64,000 nt of DNA from a virus. Numbering within the stretch: the stretch's first letter is position 1; each line of letters begins with the position of its first letter. The stretch is from the IMG/VR virus record IMGVR_UViG_3300035666_000007, positions 1 to 64,000 of that record; one strand, given 5' to 3'. The translations under genes and the position numbers were made by a program. Below are positions 1 through 9,036 of this stretch, piece by piece. A model generated the notes under the pieces. That model was not told the DNA's origin and searched no databases. It was given only the letters and a program-made list of their open reading frames with translations.

Positions 1-708
1 TTCCAGGACTCCCCGTATCGCTGGTCGAAAATGACTGGGGAAACTGGGGGAGTTTTTTATCTTGGCGAGGGAAATCCAGCCGCTGATATTAGCAGAAACC
101 AAACAGCAAGGTTTCAGCTTGAGACGTTCGTTGAGACACAGCCGGCGGCATTTAGTATCAGCGCAGCACTAATTCGTCACTCAAATCTTGGAGCCACCGT
201 TGGCTCTCCAAATCTTGCATTTTGCAGATCACGCGGCTCTGCCGTTGGTTCTAGAGCTATCTGCCAGGCGGATGACCGCCTGGGCACTCTTCTATTTCAA
301 GGGGCAGACGGGGTAGCTTTTATATCTGCTGCCTGGATTCGAGCACATGTAGACGGGGCTCCGATAATCGACAACGTTCCCGGCAGGCTTGATTTTTTCA
401 CTCGCCCCGCAGGAGGTGCAGAAACCCTGCGGCTCAGGCTCAATTCGTCAGGCAATCTACTTCTCGGAAATACCACCGGTACCGAGCGTTTATCTGTTAC
501 CGGAAACGCTCAGCTTACGGAGTCGGCTAATTCCTACATGATTGGCAGCAATAACGTTGTCGGATCTCGCAAAACTGGATGGGCCGTGCCAACCGGCACT
601 GCTACTCGAACCGCGTTTGACACATCCTCTGTCACCCTTCAGCAACTGGCTGAACGCCTCAAGGCCCTCATCGACGACCTGACCTCTCACGGCCTTATCG
701 GCGCTTAG
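1..708 (+). CDS. Tail fibre/tail spike protein, C-terminal part (start probably upstream of window)
   Basis: 'ETLRLRLNSSGNLLLG...ERLSVTGN' fibre-like repeat and C-terminal 'LKALIDDLTSHGLIG' typical of phage fibre ends; lies before lysis genes. Confidence 0.75.
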   Translation, partial: FQDSPYRWSKMTGETGGVFYLGEGNPAADISRNQTARFQLETFVETQPAAFSISAALIRHSNLGATVGSPNLAFCRSRGSAVGSRAICQADDRLGTLLFQGADGVAFISAAWIRAHVDGAPIIDNVPGRLDFFTRPAGGAETLRLRLNSSGNLLLGNTTGTERLSVTGNAQLTESANSYMIGSNNVVGSRKTGWAVPTGTATRTAFDTSSVTLQQLAERLKALIDDLTSHGLIGA

Positions 709-750
709 TCGAAAAACCGCTAAACTGCACCAATTGCCGCGTAAACTCTC

Positions 751-1101
751 ATGTCACAACCGACAATCACGTACAACTGGAAAATCGAGCGCCTTGACTG
801 CGCCCCCTCCGTAAATGAACTCAGCAATGTAGTTCGCAAGATTCACTGGAGACTGTTCGCCAGTGACGGGATCAACACTAGCGACTTGTACGGCGACATT
901 CTTCTTGGTGACGCCGACCCGGAGGATTTCACGGCCTACGAATCACTGACCGAAGTTGAGGTAGTCGCCTGGCTGGAGGCCGCGATCGACGCCCGTGCCG
1001 GCGAGGAGGAACCGTCCGTGGCCCAAATGCGCAGCGGCCTGGCTGGCATTCTGGCCGCCAGGCGGGCGCCAACGGTGGTAGCAACGCCGCTGCCCTGGTG
1101 A
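751..1101 (+). CDS. Conserved tail-fibre-associated phage protein
   Basis: 'YNWKIERLD...VVRKIHW...FTAYESLTEVEVVAW...LPW' pattern commonly found next to tail fibre genes. Confidence 0.65.
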   Translation: MSQPTITYNWKIERLDCAPSVNELSNVVRKIHWRLFASDGINTSDLYGDILLGDADPEDFTAYESLTEVEVVAWLEAAIDARAGEEEPSVAQMRSGLAGILAARRAPTVVATPLPW

Positions 1102-1259
1102 TCGCCAAAGCTGGCCGCTGTTTTTATCGCAGTGGCCAGCAACACAATCAGTGACACAGTTGATAACTTAAAGCTTAAGAGGAGTCTGTCACCAGCTCGC
1201 TAGACTAACCTAGGCGATCAAAGACCAAGATCGCCACGTTTTTACCTGGAGCCAAGTAA

Positions 1260-1763
1260 GTGATTCAGCTTGTCAACTCCGTTCTTAAGTCCAGCACAAC
1301 TGGATCAGTGATCAGAGGCAGCCACGCCGGCTTATCAAAAGCCATGCCATCCGTCGCTTTCGGCGGATCCATGGTTGCTGGCATTGCGTCGATGATCGTC
1401 AGCGGCTACAAAATTGTTGACTGCATTCGCTACCAAACAAGACAGGGGCAGTGCGATATAATTATCGAAAACAATCTGCCTGGTGTGATCGCTGGCGGAG
1501 GAGTGCTTGCCGGTTGCTGGGGCGCTTTCAACACCTACAACCCAGGATTGCGCAAGGATGAGCAGGTAGGCGAGGTCGCGACAAGGGGGCTTGTTGCTTC
1601 CGCGAGGCCAGCTGCGCGAATCAACAGGTCGAATGTTAATCGTGTCATGCAGTTAAAAGAAGAGGGTAAGACTCAAAAAGAAATTGCCGAAGCATTGGGC
1701 ACAACCGTGTACGAAGTGCGCAAGTTGTTGCGATACGCAGAAGTCAGAGGCAGAGGCCGCTAA
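1260..1763 (+). CDS. Membrane protein (holin-like position) with C-terminal HTH-like tail
   Basis: Two hydrophobic segments; C-terminus 'GKTQKEIAEALGTTVYEVRKLL'; directly upstream of endolysin. Confidence 0.5.
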   Translation: MIQLVNSVLKSSTTGSVIRGSHAGLSKAMPSVAFGGSMVAGIASMIVSGYKIVDCIRYQTRQGQCDIIIENNLPGVIAGGGVLAGCWGAFNTYNPGLRKDEQVGEVATRGLVASARPAARINRSNVNRVMQLKEEGKTQKEIAEALGTTVYEVRKLLRYAEVRGRGR

Positions 1764-1828
1764 GCATTGGCGTAGCCCTGCTGCTCGGCTCTACGATATG
1801 CGTATTGCAACAGACAGGGCTTTGCGGC

Positions 1829-3073
1829 ATGAGCGAAGAAATTACCGCCAGTAATTACGCCAAGCATTTCGACCCGAGCAAGGCCAATCATCTGGCTTTT
1901 TTTCAGGCTCTTCTTGATCGAGTCAGCGAACTCGACCCGAAAGCGCTGCAAGAGGGGGGCGATCTCAGAGGGATCTGGACGGCGGCTGTAGGAACCAGGG
2001 CTCCATCAACGCCTGGAGCGGAATCAGAGGGCCCAGCGGGGCAGCAGGGACAGGCTGGCGGGACCTGGGCGAGCGTCGAGAGAATGGCCAAGGCGGCTGG
2101 CGCCAAGTATCCCGAGCTGGTGGCGGCCCAATGGGCGCTGGAATCGGGCTGGGGGAAGCACACCAGCGGGCGCCACAACTATTTCGGCCTCAAGGGTGGT
2201 GGAAGCGCAAAGAAAACAACCGAGTACGTGAACGGCAAGCCGGTGACTATCACCGATGAGTTCTTGAATTTCGCCTCGCTTCAGGAGTGTGTTGCCTACC
2301 TTGTCGATCGCTGGTACAAAGATTTCAAAAATTACAAAGGCGTGAACAGAGCGCCTAGTCGGGACGAGGCAGCAAAAATGCTCCAGGCGGAAGGATATGC
2401 GACCGACCCTGAATACAGCGACAAACTTGTAAAACGAATGAACAAGCACTCACCCGTCAAAAAGCTGGTAACACAACAGCCTTCTGTGTCTCCCGCAAGC
2501 GCTGTTAAGGCCGATGCGTCGCAGTGGAAGGCGAGAGTCAGTGCGCTGAATCTCTCCCAGCCCAATGCTTCCACGTGCCAAGCGGCTTGCATTGCAATGG
2601 CGGTAAGCGACAAAAACATCATTGGCATCAGAAACAAGCTGATTGCGACTGGGCGATCAGCCGGTGATCCATCCGCGATGGCTCAGGTGATCAGAACGTA
2701 CAAAAACGTCAATTACGTTTACGACGGTGACGCATCACTGGAAAAAGTTTATGGATGGCTTAAGGAAGGCGAACTCCTCATCACCCACGGCTGGTTTACG
2801 GTGTCCGGGCATGTCATCATTCTTGACGGCCTCGTCCAAAATCCTGCCAGCAAAAATTACTCCTTGGATGTAAAAGATCCCTGGTCGGAATTTGACGGCC
2901 CAAGCTGGAGCTACAACAAAACAAGTAAGTTTTTTGACGGATTCTACAGTGAAAACATTATTTACGCCGCCTGTGTCGCCGGAACAAGTGCGATCAATGC
3001 AGCGTCTGTTTACAGGTCGAAAGCGCTAAACAGGAAGCGTGGCGGCATGTGGGTGCATCGCTTTAAGCCCTAG
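1829..3073 (+). CDS. Endolysin: GH73 glucosaminidase domain plus C39-like cysteine peptidase domain
   Basis: 'AAQWALESGWG...NYFGLKG...GYATDPEY' (GH73); 'QPNASTCQAAC...GHVIILDG...VKDPW' (C39-like). Confidence 0.85.
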   Translation: MSEEITASNYAKHFDPSKANHLAFFQALLDRVSELDPKALQEGGDLRGIWTAAVGTRAPSTPGAESEGPAGQQGQAGGTWASVERMAKAAGAKYPELVAAQWALESGWGKHTSGRHNYFGLKGGGSAKKTTEYVNGKPVTITDEFLNFASLQECVAYLVDRWYKDFKNYKGVNRAPSRDEAAKMLQAEGYATDPEYSDKLVKRMNKHSPVKKLVTQQPSVSPASAVKADASQWKARVSALNLSQPNASTCQAACIAMAVSDKNIIGIRNKLIATGRSAGDPSAMAQVIRTYKNVNYVYDGDASLEKVYGWLKEGELLITHGWFTVSGHVIILDGLVQNPASKNYSLDVKDPWSEFDGPSWSYNKTSKFFDGFYSENIIYAACVAGTSAINAASVYRSKALNRKRGGMWVHRFKP

Positions 3074-3969
3074 CGGCCAAAGGACAAGCCAATGCTTCTT
3101 TGGGCTTCTATTGTTGCCTTGCACAGTGTGACACCCTTTCTCTCGGCGTCTTGCAGTTGATGCCTGGAAAGGCCTGTTGCGTCTTGCAAATCCTTCCAGG
3201 TGGTAGGAACTTCTCTTGATCTCTCGATGACAACATACCTTGTCAAGTCGTCAAGATAATTCTCAAGGGCAAAAAACAGCTCTTCCAGCATCGTGTCGAA
3301 CTCAAGGCTTTCCACCGTATTGATATTAGTACAATCTTCTATTTTGTCGCCCATGGAGAACTGCCCTTCATCGCCCTCCATTTTAATGTCGAGGCTGGAA
3401 GGGGGTTGCGCTCTCTGAAGCGCTGCAATCAATTCGTCAACCGAAATTCCAACTAATTCCGAAATCTCCTTAAATGTCGGACGGCGATTAAAATTTCGAG
3501 TAAGCTCCTCAGCCGCTTTATTGATCTTTCCGAGCAGATCGTGGAAACTGGTCGGAAGGCGAATCGATGAATCCGACAGCTTGATCGACCTTTGCATTGC
3601 CTGCCTGATCCACCAGTAGCAATAGGTTGAAAATTTGTAGCCCCTGCTAAAGTCAAACTTTTCTACGGCCCTGATAAGGGCAACATTGCCGTCCTGGATT
3701 AAATCAATCAGCTCAAGTGTCTTGCACATGTGATGATACTTTGTTGCGATATTTACCACCAATCGCAAATTGCAATTTATAAACTTTTGCTTTGCTTTTT
3801 TGCAGACGACAATTTCGATCTGCTCGCTCGTGTCCAGTGATTCTTTTGCCTCCAGTTCGTTAAGCCTTGCGACACGGCGCCCCAGCTCAATCTCCTCCTC
3901 GGGGCGAAGGAGGGGGTATCTGCCGATCTCGTTGAGATAGCGCTTGATTGAGGGGTCGGTCTTGGCCAC
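3070..3969 (-). CDS. RpoD/sigma-70 family sigma factor (no region 1.1)
   Basis: 'YLNEIGRYPLL', 'NLRLVVNIATKY', 'DLIQDG...AVEKFDFSRGYKFSTYCYWWIRQ'. Confidence 0.95.
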   Translation of the reverse strand: MAKTDPSIKRYLNEIGRYPLLRPEEEIELGRRVARLNELEAKESLDTSEQIEIVVCKKAKQKFINCNLRLVVNIATKYHHMCKTLELIDLIQDGNVALIRAVEKFDFSRGYKFSTYCYWWIRQAMQRSIKLSDSSIRLPTSFHDLLGKINKAAEELTRNFNRRPTFKEISELVGISVDELIAALQRAQPPSSLDIKMEGDEGQFSMGDKIEDCTNINTVESLEFDTMLEELFFALENYLDDLTRYVVIERSREVPTTWKDLQDATGLSRHQLQDAERKGVTLCKATIEAQRSIGLSFGR

Positions 3970-4129
3970 CGCCAGATACTACCTGCGGACGGTGCGTTTT
4001 CCGCGTCACGCGCCTCACGGATCCCAGCGGGCAACCCATTTCGGGCGGAAAAGTGCCGATTGGCCACTATTGGACCAAGGTAGATATATTCAGCAAACCC
4101 TGTTAGAGTTGGGCACATGCCTCTTTCTG

Positions 4130-4354
4130 GTGAACCAACCAAGCTATCGCCCCGAAGACGAATTCATGGAAGCCTCCAATGCCATGAGGCTAAAACAGCT
4201 GCACAAAGAAAAGGATTACAACGGGCTTCTTGAGCTGGCCTTAATGCTTAACCACGAAGCGGCCTACAATCACAGCAGAATGATATATTTCATGCACGAG
4301 GCATCGTCGCAATCGGCGTGGACACCTGAAAAAGCGCAAAAAAATGGTCACTAG
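4130..4354 (+). CDS. Hypothetical protein
   Basis: In-frame GTG start, helical protein-like ORF divergent from sigma gene. Confidence 0.5.
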   Translation: MNQPSYRPEDEFMEASNAMRLKQLHKEKDYNGLLELALMLNHEAAYNHSRMIYFMHEASSQSAWTPEKAQKNGH

Positions 4355-4391
4355 GTCCAGCAAGGCCTCCAGTGACCACCGACAACCCCGA

Positions 4392-4904
4392 TCAGCCCAT
4401 GCTTGCCTGCACGCTACCGCAGTTGTTGTATCTGCCAACAAGCGAGTAGTCCTTCGACGGGGCTGACTTCATTTCGCCAAATACCATTTGCCCAATTGGC
4501 ATTCCGCTCCAAATTGGCACAGAGTGAAATCTGCGAATAGAGTGAAGCTCAAGCGTCATGCTGCTATTCGAGAAGCCTGGATCACCAAATCCTGCCAGCG
4601 CATGAGAAATTCCCTCACGACCCCTGCTTGATTTCAAGCAAAACCAGGCAGCAAGTACGGGCGGAATGAAGAACTTCTCAACCGTGTGCGCAAGAATGAA
4701 TTCTTGGGGGGCTAACTGGTAAGGGCTCTCTCTGCTTGTGTGCTCAATAGAGAGGCACTTAAGATCTGGCGAATCTGATGTTTCCACCATAATTGTTTTG
4801 CCAAGACGGACATCGATGGATGCCGGACCAATAAGACTGTCGTCATAATTTTGGATCGCTCCATCCAGGCATAATTTGCGAATTTCGTGGTCGGGAAGAT
4901 ACAT
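4392..4904 (-). CDS. dcd: dCTP deaminase
   Basis: 'PASIDVRLG', 'EFILAHTVE', 'LKSSRGREG', 'AGFGDPGF', 'GMPIGQMVF'. Confidence 0.93.
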   Translation of the reverse strand: MYLPDHEIRKLCLDGAIQNYDDSLIGPASIDVRLGKTIMVETSDSPDLKCLSIEHTSRESPYQLAPQEFILAHTVEKFFIPPVLAAWFCLKSSRGREGISHALAGFGDPGFSNSSMTLELHSIRRFHSVPIWSGMPIGQMVFGEMKSAPSKDYSLVGRYNNCGSVQASMG

Positions 4905-4906
4905 TG

Positions 4907-5134
4907 CTATTTGTCGCTCATTAGTGAGTCTAGCCTGATCAAAAATAGGCCACCAAGACACAGGACGAGAGGAACAAGTGTCGGAAGCGCAACTTGCCAC
5001 CATCGCCAATCGATGTATCCATCAAGCTTTAAGACTACCAAGAGAACTTGAACCAATGTTGCCGACAAGCAAGAAGCTGTTGTCGGCAAGCCAGTCACTG
5101 AAGTCTTTGACGGTCTTCGCGTGATTCCCCTCAC
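4907..5134 (-). CDS. Small membrane protein
   Basis: 'VLLVVLKLDGYIDWRWWQVALP' two-TM motif common in phages. Confidence 0.6.
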   Translation of the reverse strand: MRGITRRPSKTSVTGLPTTASCLSATLVQVLLVVLKLDGYIDWRWWQVALPTLVPLVLCLGGLFLIRLDSLMSDK

Positions 5135-5278
5135 TGTCCTGCGTCCTGCGATTGAACATGTTGCCGGTAGAGCCCAGTGTAGGAGCCGTGCATCGGATGA
5201 TCTCGTTTGTCGCGCCCCTGCTCAAAGTAAAGACGTTCCATGAGTTCAATCTTTTGATTTTCGGTCGTGGGATGACAA

Positions 5279-5683
5279 TCAAGCATCGCTCTTGTTGACT
5301 AGATCAGAAAGGGTAGGGGGCTTGTAGAGCGCCCCTTTCAAGATTTTACCATCCTCTCTCCTGACGGGCCTTCCGTCTTCGCCGAGCTTGCTCATGTTGC
5401 TTTCAAAAACTCTTTTCATCGCCTCGTCAAGATCCCAGCCCATGAACGCCGCCATTTGAAAGCAAACAAAAACAAGGTCGGCAAGCTCTTTCAGGAGATT
5501 TTGCGCCAGGGCGTCGCTGGTAGATTCAGGCGCAGAAGAATAAAGCGCGCAAGCCTCGATGGTTTCAATGAATTCTTCAGTGATCAGTCGTTGCTGAAGC
5601 TCGAAAGCACCAGGGCGGTGGCAACTCCAGGGGCTGAATTCAAATGCTTCCCTGAATTCGATCGCGTCTTGATAGTGAGACAT
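5279..5683 (-). CDS. MazG-like/all-alpha NTP pyrophosphohydrolase
   Basis: 'LITEEFIE...LLKELADLVFV...RVFESNMSKLGEDGRPVRREDGKILKG'. Confidence 0.88.
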   Translation of the reverse strand: MSHYQDAIEFREAFEFSPWSCHRPGAFELQQRLITEEFIETIEACALYSSAPESTSDALAQNLLKELADLVFVCFQMAAFMGWDLDEAMKRVFESNMSKLGEDGRPVRREDGKILKGALYKPPTLSDLVNKSDA

Positions 5684-5708
5684 TGAGTGCAGTTGTTCGT
5701 GCAAAATA

Positions 5709-5731
5709 AAAGCCCCGTCTTTCGGCGGGGC
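5709..5731 (-). terminator. Intrinsic terminator after abrB
   Basis: GCCCCGCC-GAAA-GACGGGGC followed by TTTT on minus strand. Confidence 0.7.
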
Positions 5732-5755
5732 GCAGTGGTTAATCGAATCGACCAA

Positions 5756-6310
5756 TCACAGGTCGAGGTCGTCGCCAGAATCAGTAGCGTCAGCTTCGCC
5801 AGCGTAGGGGGTCAGCACGATTCGCCCGGCCTTGGACTGCACATGCACTTGAGCGCCAGGCTCGAAGCCAGCAATGGTGCTGTGGCGAACGCCCACGACG
5901 ATGTTGCCGTTTTTCACCACGGTCACGACAGGCTTGCGACCGGCACGAGCGCTGTAAGCACGCTTGGTCGGAGCAAACTCCAGTTCAGGGTTGGAAGCGG
6001 CGCTGATGGCTGCCCAGAACTGCGGCTTGTGCAGCGTCACCTTGACCTCCTCCGTGACGGGGTCGGTCTTCTTGGTGTAGTAGCCGGCGTTGTAGATCAC
6101 GTCGTCCAGAGGCTGAGCCTTGTTCGCCTTGGCGAAGTCCAGCAGCTCCTGGCCTACTTTGCGCTCGCCCTTGACAACGATGAGCTTGGGCTTTTGGGCT
6201 TCGGCAGAAGCTTCGACGGTTTCAGCGGCTTCGACGGTTTCGGTAGACATTTCGGTTGCGGATTCAGGTTCGAGAATAGCGGTGGCTTCTGCTTGCTTGC
6301 GGCGAGGCAC
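5756..6310 (-). CDS. abrB: Cyanobacterial-type AbrB (cyAbrB) transcription regulator
   Basis: 'GQELL...AGYY...FWAAISAA...RAGRKPVVTVVKNGNIVVG...GFEPG...GRIVL' matches cyAbrB architecture. Confidence 0.8.
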   Translation of the reverse strand: MPRRKQAEATAILEPESATEMSTETVEAAETVEASAEAQKPKLIVVKGERKVGQELLDFAKANKAQPLDDVIYNAGYYTKKTDPVTEEVKVTLHKPQFWAAISAASNPELEFAPTKRAYSARAGRKPVVTVVKNGNIVVGVRHSTIAGFEPGAQVHVQSKAGRIVLTPYAGEADATDSGDDLDL

Positions 6311-6334
6311 GGCGAGAATGGGTGGAACTCCTTA

Positions 6335-6363
6335 ATAGTAGGCGCACGAGGCGGTTTTTGCAA
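6335..6363 (-). promoter_or_regulatory. Sigma70-type promoter for abrB
   Basis: TTGCAA-N17-TACTAT, followed by TAAGGAGTTC (same as after the 43.4-kb promoter). Confidence 0.7.
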
Positions 6364-6384
6364 GCCCCCCTCTTATGTACCGGC

Positions 6385-6933
6385 TCATGGCAGAAGCTCA
6401 ATGGCCAGTTGCGATGCGTGCTCTTCGTCAAGCCTTGCAACAGAGATCCAGGCCCCCGCCTGGCGCCCCTCCGGCGTGAAAACCTTCATGGCACTGCCGG
6501 AAACGATCATTGCGTCGTCTTGGTAACAGACGCCAGTGAGCGAGTCGCCAATCGCCCTGAGCAGTTTGTCGTAATCTTTTTTTTGTGAATGGAAGACGGG
6601 TGAACTTGGCTTGACGCGGCCAAGACTCGTGTAGTGAAGCTTTGGCCGAGGAAGGTAAAACAGAACCCTTAAGACAAAAAGTCCTTCCATCTCCCAGTCG
6701 CTCGGAAGCATTAAGCGTGCGACGTTCCCAACACTTGCCCGCCAAGAGCTGAGATTTTTGTCCTGTTCAACCATGTTGACGACAACTTTGAGCTTGCCAG
6801 TGTTTTTATCTTTGACAGCCCGCCCAAATGCCGTCTTGCTGCCTTGACAAGCTGGGGTACCGGCAACAAAGAATTCATGCTTTTTTATCGTTGCCTGCCG
6901 CAGCGCTTCGCTCAGGGTGGCTTTCGATGGCAT
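6385..6933 (-). CDS. rusA: RusA-family Holliday junction resolvase
   Basis: 'FFVAGTPACQGSK', 'FYLPRPK', 'KDYDKLLRAIGDSL...YQDDAMIV'. Confidence 0.9.
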   Translation of the reverse strand: MPSKATLSEALRQATIKKHEFFVAGTPACQGSKTAFGRAVKDKNTGKLKVVVNMVEQDKNLSSWRASVGNVARLMLPSDWEMEGLFVLRVLFYLPRPKLHYTSLGRVKPSSPVFHSQKKDYDKLLRAIGDSLTGVCYQDDAMIVSGSAMKVFTPEGRQAGAWISVARLDEEHASQLAIELLP

Positions 6934-7624
6934 CGTTCAGCTTGTAGACTTCTATTAGCCTAGCTATTAAGATACGAGTCTTGTACTTGTCAAGGCGAGA
7001 GTAAAGCTCTCTGGCCAGCTTTTCGATTTCGCTAACGGTTGGATACTGAAAAAGCTTAATTGGCGTCAATACTTTTCTGACGTGCGGCTTTATTATTTCT
7101 TTGTAGGCCTTGGGTAAGCTGTTATATTTTCTGTTTGGACCAATATACTTTAACTCATCAGGAGAGTTGAGGTAGATGAGTTTAAGCAAGTTAAGGTAGT
7201 GATATTTTTTTTCCGTTGGTCCGCTCATTTTTGAAATTGCTATCCTGAGACGGCGAAACTCCCAATATGAATCTGGAAACTCAAAGGAGTCCGGGTCCTC
7301 TTCGTGCAGCCATTGAATAAATCGCCTGATCTGACCGTCTCTTGATTTGCCATCGGCATCCAGCCTTGCGCACGTTGCCAAAAAGTCAGGCAAGTTCTTG
7401 ATCCCAAGGCCATAATGAAAGTTGTAAAAAAAATCCTTGACGCCCCCCAGCCTTGCTTGTCTTCCGTTGATTGTCGTATATCCAAGGTAGACCTTTCTTT
7501 TAATTATCTCCTCCATCGCTTCAAAAAAAAGCTCTGACATATTTCCGTTAACTACGTTAGAGAGATGCAGCCTGGCGTTGGCGACCAGGACTGCATCGTG
7601 CTCTTCTGATCTTCCTCCTTTCAT
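6875..7624 (-). CDS. Hypothetical protein
   Basis: 249-aa ORF in operon. Confidence 0.65.
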   Translation of the reverse strand: MKGGRSEEHDAVLVANARLHLSNVVNGNMSELFFEAMEEIIKRKVYLGYTTINGRQARLGGVKDFFYNFHYGLGIKNLPDFLATCARLDADGKSRDGQIRRFIQWLHEEDPDSFEFPDSYWEFRRLRIAISKMSGPTEKKYHYLNLLKLIYLNSPDELKYIGPNRKYNSLPKAYKEIIKPHVRKVLTPIKLFQYPTVSEIEKLARELYSRLDKYKTRILIARLIEVYKLNDAIESHPERSAAAGNDKKA

Positions 7625-7626
7625 CG

Positions 7627-8166
7627 CTACTCAATTAAAAGCAGGGCTTTCTTGCGCAATTCGTCAAGACTGCCGTTGTTGGTAATTACACAATTAAAAT
7701 CAAAATTATCTAGCAAGCCCTCTGATTCATGGCTTTCCTTTTTGCTCCTCAGTGCCCGCCTGCTTTCAATTTTTACAATTATCCCACCGCGCCGACGAAT
7801 GGCCTCGTATTCGTTGGGAAATCGCAGATCATCAGCAACGACGTGCGAGAAGAGCCGCTGCCTGGCCTCCCACATCTTGATCCAAACATCTTTGTGGATC
7901 GTCTTGCGCCCCCAGTCGGTCCCAAGGAGCTGCATAACATCCCTGACGCGCAGATCGATCTCGCCAATGACAAAATCCTTGTCTTTGATGACCCTCTCTG
8001 CGTCGCCCTTGCTATACCCAAATCCCATCAAAAAACGAACAACCATGTCCTTGAGTGGCTTCGCAAAGCTCACTGTCTTGTAACCATTCCCCTCAAGGAT
8101 CTCCGCAACAGTTGTCTTGCCGGATTGCGGGACTGGCGAATAAAGCGCAATCAACTTTGGCTTCAT
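7627..8166 (-). CDS. Deoxynucleoside monophosphate kinase
   Basis: P-loop 'QSGKTTVA', 'SFAKPLK', 'MQLLGTDWGR', 'DDLRFPNE', 'HESE', 'ITNNGSL'. Confidence 0.9.
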   Translation of the reverse strand: MKPKLIALYSPVPQSGKTTVAEILEGNGYKTVSFAKPLKDMVVRFLMGFGYSKGDAERVIKDKDFVIGEIDLRVRDVMQLLGTDWGRKTIHKDVWIKMWEARQRLFSHVVADDLRFPNEYEAIRRRGGIIVKIESRRALRSKKESHESEGLLDNFDFNCVITNNGSLDELRKKALLLIE

Positions 8167-8171
8167 GAGGC

Positions 8172-8391
8172 TCAAGCTTCGACTACAAGTTTAATGGTCC
8201 ATGGATTTACACTATCTTGAACCCTGTAAGGCAGGCCAAGAAATCGTGACTGGGGCGATGCTACGTTAAACCTTTGCAGTAAATGCTGGTAGGCTCTTAC
8301 GCCAAAAACCCACTCGATCGGCTTTGCTTCAAGCTTGGCGCAATACTCCATCTCTTCTGCTGCGAGTGCTAGGGGCGTCGAAGTCGTTCAT
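8172..8391 (-). CDS. Small hypothetical protein, possibly frameshifted near its 5' end
   Basis: 59-codon ORF MEYCAKLEAKPIEWVFG...; the upstream ATG (8391) joins it only if the C4 run were C3. Confidence 0.4.
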
Positions 8392-8635
8392 AGGTCAAAA
8401 AAGTTGAATGCCCTCTTTTTACGGAGGGCCAGCCTGGACTTACTAGCGAGTCTCTTCTTGATGCCGCCCAGAAGCCTTAAAAGACTGGGAACCACGGCAT
8501 TCCATGACTGGACCGACAAGCATGTCTCGATCTGTTCGACGCACCGCTTGGCCCGAGCAGTGCTAGGCCTCGACATTCGGAGAAGAGCGCTGCCCCACCC
8601 CATGAGCTGGGGTCGCTACGCCAGAGTCTCACCCC

Positions 8636-9007
8636 TCAGAAGGGAACCTCCTCTTCGCTGGGCGGAGCGGGGCTCGCCGGTTTTGCGGCCCCGGCCAGTT
8701 GGGGCTGCCCTCGATTTGGAAGCGAAAAATTGCTGCCAGTTCCGTAAAATGCGCTATACTTGGTGCCGTCTTTTTTGGTTTTCTCAACCGCAAGGGCAAG
8801 AGAGCAGGCAATAGTAACCTGATCGCCGTCTTCGATAAACTTTTCGATTACAGCCATTTGCTTTCCGAAGAACTTGGCGTTCACGTAAAAAACGTGCTTG
8901 CCACCCTGCCCTTTGCAGCGAAGGCCAATGGTGCAGCTATCGCCATAGTCGCTTGACTGAATTGTCGGCTTGCCAGTGACGTAGCCTGTTGCGGTGAGAT
9001 TAAGCAT
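8636..9007 (-). CDS. ssb: Single-stranded DNA-binding protein
   Basis: OB-fold-like 'LTATGYVTGKP...AKFFGKQ...IEDGDQV'; acidic tail ending 'EEEVPF'. Confidence 0.88.
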   Translation of the reverse strand: MLNLTATGYVTGKPTIQSSDYGDSCTIGLRCKGQGGKHVFYVNAKFFGKQMAVIEKFIEDGDQVTIACSLALAVEKTKKDGTKYSAFYGTGSNFSLPNRGQPQLAGAAKPASPAPPSEEEVPF

Positions 9008-9036
9008 TTGTTCGATTTTGTTGTGACCGACTTGAC

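Noticed and set aside
5687-6526. 279-aa plus-strand ORF
   Set aside because: Antisense shadow of abrB and rusA
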